Source: Octopus vulgaris
Taxonomy: Eukaryota
Assembly: GCA_951406725.2 (NCBI GenBank)
Contig: OX597825.1
Coordinates: 77,252,001-77,316,000, forward strand
Reading direction: 5' to 3'
Length of the DNA: 64,000 bases
Below the pieces are notes generated by a model that saw only the letters and a list, made by a program, of their open reading frames with translations, did no database searches and was not told the origin of the DNA. Numbering within the stretch: the stretch's first letter is position 1; every line of letters starts with the position of its first letter. Shown piece by piece: positions 56,983-64,000 of this stretch. The translations under genes and the position numbers were made by a program.

Positions 56983-57968
56983 TAAAGAGAGGGGGGTAAA
57001 TAGGTAGACAGTTAGATACATAGAGATATAGATAAGCGGAATCATAACTGCAGGGAGTTTGTATAGTGATGCTATTGTGAACTATTCACTCACAACTTGC
57101 ACTTAGTAGGACAAAATTGTTACTTAACATCAAACCTACAAATTCTTCAGGCATTCCGTTTGTGCATCTCTGTGCGCGTGCATGTGTATGTGCTCACAAG
57201 CACATAGTGTACGTGTGTGTGTGTGTGTGTGAGCCCGGCTGTGATCTCCTTCGATTTTTCAGTGCGAAAATGTTTTGTTTTCTAACACACGTATTTTTCC
57301 GAGATGAAACACAAAGAATAATGATTTGAACTTCTCGATGTCATTAAAATGACAACTTACCATTAGGAACGAGAGAAATTGGTAGGTCATACTGTCAATC
57401 CCTAATGTAAAACCACAGTTGGAAACCACTCAAAGACTGTGGGGAAACAAGGAAGCATTTCTGGAGATGGTTTTTGTAAAACTTTTTATCTTAATAATTA
57501 ATCTGGATGAAATAACATTGAGGGGAAAATATGGAAGAGAAAGTGAAATAATGGCCGATGATGAATTCCAGAATGAACAATTATTGGTGAGTGGGGTCTG
57601 GTGAGATGGATGTGAAATTATCGTAAAGTGTTATCTCATGTGTATGAATGAAGCTGATTTGAGCCAATTTATCGTATAAATACAAGTATATGTGTGTATG
57701 TGTATACGTGTGTTTGTAAATGTGTGTACATGTACTCTCTTTTCCTCTTTTACTCTTGTTCCTGTATCAGTCATTTGACTGCGGCCATGCTGGACCATCT
57801 GCTTTGAGTCGAGCAAATCGACCCCGGGGCTTATTCTTTGTAAGCCTAGTACTTATTATATCGGTGACTTATGCCGAACCGCTAAGTTACGGGAACGTAA
57901 ACACACCAGCATCGGTTGTCAAGCGATGTTGGGGAGGGAAACACGGACATACATATATACACATACAT

Positions 57969-58041
<73 letters not shown>

Positions 58042-58326
58042 ATAATGAAGGGTGAAATTAATTAATTTGGAATAATTATCAATTACACCAAGTAGTCCTC
58101 GGCATGTAAAAGCCTCATTCGAGGAAAATTTAAGTAATACTAAGCAATAAAGGGTTTGGCAACGAATTGCCTTACCACATACCGAATTTAGAAATAGCAG
58201 TCAAAGAGTTATAGCTATTTCTTCTACTAAAAAAGGGAGATCTCAGTAAAAACAGCAATTGGAAGGCAGACACAAACAGGTAAGAGGGAATGAATTGACG
58301 GCAATCTATCATACAATTTTAAGTTA

Positions 58327-58425
58327 TCTACGGACGTACGTTTCGAAATCAAGTTTTTAGGAAAGCATAAGAATTAAATATTAAATAATTCTATCTTACC
58401 AAGAACTTCTTTTCTTCAGCGTAGA
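58327..58425 (-). ncRNA. Type I hammerhead ribozyme, inverted copy with a 2-nt deletion after the CUGAAGA core
   Basis: Reverse complement reads tctacg-CTGAAGA-aaagaagtt…gatttc-GAAA-c-gtac-GTC-cgtaga; it lacks the G10.1-C11.1 pair present in the + copy. Confidence 0.7.
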
Positions 58426-59274
58426 ATACTATAATCATAAATGATTATATATTGAATTTTGAGATACTAGAAGGCATCCACTCAACTCAGTATCAGAGCG
58501 AGCTAGAATCCGCAACTAGTATCACCAAATTCAATTTGTGAATGAAAAGATTGTGTCACCAGCCCCTTCCCACCCGCGTGTAGCCAAAACAAGATGCTGT
58601 GGTCATCTACTGAGATAAAATATGGTTATCCGTAATAATGAAGGGTGAAATTAATTAATTTGGAATAATTATCAATTACACCAAGTAGTCCTCGGCATGT
58701 AAAAGCCTCATTCGAGGAAAATTTAAGTAATACTAAGCAATAAAGGGTTTGGCAACGAATTGCCTTACCACATACCGAATTTAGAAATAGCAGTCAAAGA
58801 GTTATAGCTGTCAATTCATTCCCTCTTACCTGTTTGTGTCTGCCTTCCAATTGCTGTTTTTACTGAGATCTCCTTTTTAGTAGAAGAAATAGCTATAACT
58901 CTTTGACTGCTATTTCTAAATTCGGTATGTGGTAAGGCAATTCGTTGCCAAACCCTTTATTGCTTAGTATTACTTAAATTTTCCTCGAATGAGGCTTTTA
59001 CATGCCGAGGACTACTTGGTGTAATTGATAATTATTCCAAATTAATTAATTTCACCCTTCATTATTACGGATAACCATATTTTATCTCAGTAGATGACCA
59101 CAGCATCTTGTTTTGGCTACACGCGGGTGGGAAGGGGCTGGTGACACAATCTTTTCATTCACAAATTGAATTTGGTGATACTAGTTGCGGATTCTAGCTC
59201 ACTCTGATACTGAGTTGAGTGGATGCCTTCTAGTATCTCAAAATTCAATATATAATCATTTATGATTATAGTAT

Positions 59275-59375
59275 TCTACGCTGAAGAGAAAAGAAGTTCT
59301 TGGTAAGACAGAATTATTTAATATTTAATTCTTATGCTTTCCTAAAAACTTGATTTCGAAACGTACGTCCGTAGA
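59275..59375 (+). ncRNA. Type I hammerhead ribozyme, intact core
   Basis: Stem I TCTACG (59275-80) pairs with CGTAGA (59370-75). Core CTGAAGA (59281-87), stem II closed by GAAA/TTTC (59288-59357), GAAA (59358-61), stem III AC-GTAC-GT, cleavage triplet GTC with predicted scission after 59369. Confidence 0.85.
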
Positions 59376-61580
59376 TAACTTAAAATTGTATGATAGATTG
59401 CCGTCAATTCATTCCCTCTTACCTGTTTGTGTCTGCCTTCCAATTGCTGTTTTTACTGAGATCTCCTTTTTAGTAGAAGAAATAGCTATAACTCTTTGAC
59501 TGCTATTTCTAAATTCGGTATGTGGTAAGGCAATTCGTTGCCAAACCCTTTATTGCTTATATATATATACATATATACGACAGGCTTCTTTCAGTTTCCG
59601 TCTACCAAATCCACTCACAAGGGTTTGGTCAGCCCGTGGCTATAGTTGAAGACACTTGCCCAAGATGCCACGCAGTGGGACTGAGCCCGGAACCATGTGG
59701 TTAGTAAGCAAGCTACTTACCACACAGCTACTCCTGCGCCTTTGTGTGTATGTTTACATATGTATGTGTGTATGTATATAAATATATATATACATATACA
59801 TATACACACTCATATATATATATATATATACATATCAACTTACAACGCACAAACTCATCCACATATGGTGGTGCGTGGGCCCTCGTGTATGTGTGTGTGT
59901 GTGTGTATGTGTGTGTGTAAGTGTATGTCTGTTTGAAAAAAATCTAGTTGAATCATAAACGGTCAGTACATTCTTATAGAACATGAACTTATTTGTGTGT
60001 GTATGGGAAAGCTGGTACCGATGGAGATAACGAGAAAGCCCCTGCGTTTGTTCGTAGCTCTAATTGTAAGAAACAACAGCTAAATCTCGCTCGAATCTCA
60101 TGGTGTTGTCTTTAAAGTAGACAACAGAACAATCAGATAACGTAGACTAAGATACTTTTAAAGAAAACTGGATGGTCACGGTTGGAATGCATTTGACTGT
60201 AGTGCTACAAAATTAGGATTGTTCTACGTCTACACAATCATCTCAGCATTAATTTTAATCAAAATTGAAATAATGAAAGTAAATTAGGGCTCTAATGAAC
60301 CGCCAAACATACTGAAATTTCAGTCGACAATTTGTTACAGACGTAGTTTCTAAATAATTTTTTTCTAATTTTGTCACAAGGCCAGAAATTCAAAGGAAAG
60401 GAGACTTCAAATGTATCGAATCCGTTGACCAACTGGTATTTATTTAATCGACCTTGAAAGGATGAAATGTAAATATGGATCATCTCGACAGAATTTGAAC
60501 TCAAATCATAACGGCATTTTGCCCGGCGTGCTAACGACTCGGCCGCCTCACCGCCTTAATTTTACAAGTATTATCGGTTTCAAATTTTGATACGAGACCA
60601 GCAAATTCGGGGCACCAGTTAAGTCGATTACATCAACCCCTGATGAACAACTGCTATATATTTCATAAACACGGAAATATGACATCGGTAGATTTTGAAT
60701 TGAAAATGTAAAGAACCCCTAAAATTCCTTGTCTGACTTGCTCACAGTTTCTAAATATTAATAACATGTAACTAATTGATGTAGAAGTTAAATACAGTTT
60801 AAAAATATATCGTTGGATAAATGGTTTCAAATTTCACAACAATGCAACAATTTTGGGGAGGGGATGAGTCGATTACATAGACCCCTGTACTAAACTGGTA
60901 CATACTTTATCAACCTCGAGAGGATGAAAGGCAAAGTCGACCTCGGCGAAATTTGAACTCAAAACGTAGCGACGGGCAAAATACTGGTATGTATTACATC
61001 GAGCGCCCTAACGATCCTGCCAGCTCGCCACCTTTATATTGCTACATATAATGGCAGGTAAAAGCTACTCAGGGATGCATATCTCCAAAAAGTAGCAGTC
61101 AAGTATTAACTACAATACGTGAGACAGAAAACCAGTTCATTTTAGAATAAATAAGCTTATACTCATTTCACGAGAACGATCATTATTCAAATATGTCTCG
61201 AAAATAAACGGACAGTAGAGACAACAATGTCAGTATAATAACGTAGAATTAATTGAATGTGGAATGAAGTAAAGAGTTGATGAAAAAAATCGCTGCAGTA
61301 TTCCAGCAACCTTTACATTTTATCGCACACATGTTTCAGTCATTGGACTGCATCCATTCTAGGGCACCAGTATAAAGTGTTTACTCGAACAAATCGAACC
61401 CAATGCTTAAGTGTTTCTAATGAATAACACTTATTCTTCTTATCATAATTATGTCGCAGACCTATGTTGCAAGTACATAAACAAACCAACATCGGTTGTC
61501 AAGTGGTGGTGGTGGGGGTACAAAGGCTAACACAAACGCAAGGACAAACACGGGTGGTCACACACACACACACATATATA

Positions 61581-61624
<44 letters not shown>

Positions 61625-62125
61625 CGACGAGCTTCTTTCAGTTTCCGCTTACCAAATCCACTCATGAGCCTTTGGCCAGACTCGGGTCTATAGTAAAAGG
61701 CACTTGCCCAATGTGCACTGCAGTGGCACTGAACTCGAAACCTTGTTGTTAGGAACAAATTTCTTACAACAGAGACACAATGAGGCCATACTTAATTTTA
61801 GATTTTTAAATTTTGATACTTTAAAATTTTCTAGTTGTCTACCATTTCTTAGATGTATGAAAGAAAAAAAATCAGCTATTTAATGACTGGATTTAATAAA
61901 AAAAAAAGGAACTATCGTCGAATCAAATTTGCCACACATATAAATGAATAAATAAATGAATAAACACACAAATCACTTGTCTTCTAACAATAAATACTTT
62001 GTTTTCGTCGTGATATTATGACGACTTACCATGTTAAGAAAAAATATTTCAGGTAAACATGAACTTATGAAATGAAATGTTTTTAAGTGAAACTTAATTG
62101 ACATACAATGCTGGTGGAGATCCTG

Positions 62126-62170
<45 letters not shown>

Positions 62171-62329
62171 TATATATATATATGTGTATATATATTAATG
62201 TATACACATAAATAGTATGATGTAAGTATATTCTATGTGCAATTTATCATTATGCCAAGTCATTATTTTCTCATAAACATAATGTTAGCCTTCTATGTAA
62301 CAATATACATATTTTCTGAGTATATATAT

Positions 62330-62800
<471 letters not shown>

Positions 62801-63091
62801 TGTATAAAGTGTTTAGTGTAAGCGTATGTGTGAGTGTATATTTTATGTATACGTATATTTATTATATATGTTGTCTCCTCAGGTGCACTTTCACTGCTTG
62901 GTTTGTTTGTTAGTAATATTGGAATGTTTCTTTAATGCTTGCCTATGTTTAAAGCATCGTTGCATATATGCATGCTTGTCATCTCTGTATAACTGTCTAC
63001 ATACATACATACGCAATCATACATACATACGCAAATACATACTTGCATATATATAAGTCTGCATGTATATGTCTATATATATATATATATG

Positions 63092-63124
<33 letters not shown>

Positions 63125-63759
63125 GTATGCGTACACACACATAGCAATCCTTGAACACAAATACGCACATATATACACATTTACTGCACATTTCAAATTT
63201 TCTCTTAATATGTTATGATATAATTTATTGTGGTTTTATCTGCATATATAACTTACTCCCACCCATTCTTTTATGCAAATGCGATCAGCTGCATGCCTCT
63301 TTGATTAATTTTAAACATGGACCCATGTTAAACTGTTTCTCAAGTTTCGCTAACACGACATACTGACGGACACAGTAGCTGCATCCTTGGTACAGTTGCA
63401 CACTCACATATTCACCGTTTAACATCATATGTATTCTGCCGCCGCTCATTATTTGTTACAATTGCAAACATATTTCTTATAGGCGAAGGTATATATATAT
63501 AAAACAATGACTTTCATGTAAAATATTTAGTTTCTTCTGCTTTTTCTTCTTCACAATTTGAAAATATTCCGTTGAAAAATCATGTCACTGTTTATTCGAA
63601 AATATTTATGCCAACTCAGCATTATGGCGTTAATGCGTTGAGTACATCGTCTTAAAATGTGCTTCTTCTCTTGCTTTGAACGAGAACATGCAACTCCTAA
63701 AACAATCTGTGTGAAAGTGTATTTGTGTGTGAGTATATATATATTATCTATTTCTGTAC

Positions 63760-63838
<79 letters not shown>

Positions 63839-64000
63839 AATCTATTTATCTATCTATCTATCTAAATATCTATCTATCTATCGATCTATATATCTATCTA
63901 TCTGTCTCTCTATCTATATATCTATCTATTCATGTACTTACCTATCTATGTAACTATCTATCTATTTAGCTATCTACCTGTCCGTCTGTCTCTCTGTCAA
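63760..64000. repeat. (TATC)n microsatellite
   Basis: Directly visible. Confidence 0.95.

Larger units (their letters stand above)
58040..59559. mobile_element. Hammerhead-containing non-coding element: 593-bp unit, ~1.3 copies on - (58040-58809) joined head-to-head to ~1.26 copies on + (58810-59559), inserted in (TA)n; retrozyme or Penelope pLTR-like
   Basis: taataatgaagggtg recurs at 58040 and 58633; gtcaattcattccctc recurs at 58810 and 59403 (period 593 in both arms). The arms are reverse complements. The ORF track shows no ORF contained within the element. Confidence 0.85.

Noticed and set aside
62870-62960. Candidate exon 3 after ttgtctcctcag
   Set aside because: The translation ([10 protein letters not shown]…) does not match the expected EW.D..L.W.P nAChR continuation.

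Overview
Eukaryotic, AT-rich, microsatellite-saturated DNA. The repeat landscape suggests an Octopus/coleoid cephalopod, which is an inference from repeat style only. One real gene is visible: the 5' part of a canonical nicotinic acetylcholine receptor subunit (alpha-like) on the + strand. Coding exon 1 is 1871-2122 and exon 2 is 55624-55668, separated by a 53.5-kb phase-0 intron; the gene continues beyond the window. Nearly all ORFs in the supplied track are microsatellite translation artefacts. The introns contain several tRNA-derived SINE families, R4/Dong-like and RTE LINE fragments, non-autonomous Helitrons, a Chapaev-like transposase remnant, MITE-like foldbacks and a 24-bp minisatellite. 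The most striking element is at 58040-59559: a non-coding 593-bp unit in tandem and head-to-head inverted arrangement, each arm carrying a type I hammerhead ribozyme motif with a palindromic minimal stem III and an unusually long (~70 nt) stem II, resembling a retrozyme or Penelope pLTR. A second ~150-bp family with a minimal variant hammerhead motif occurs three times. Repeat boundaries were placed by eye and are approximate.
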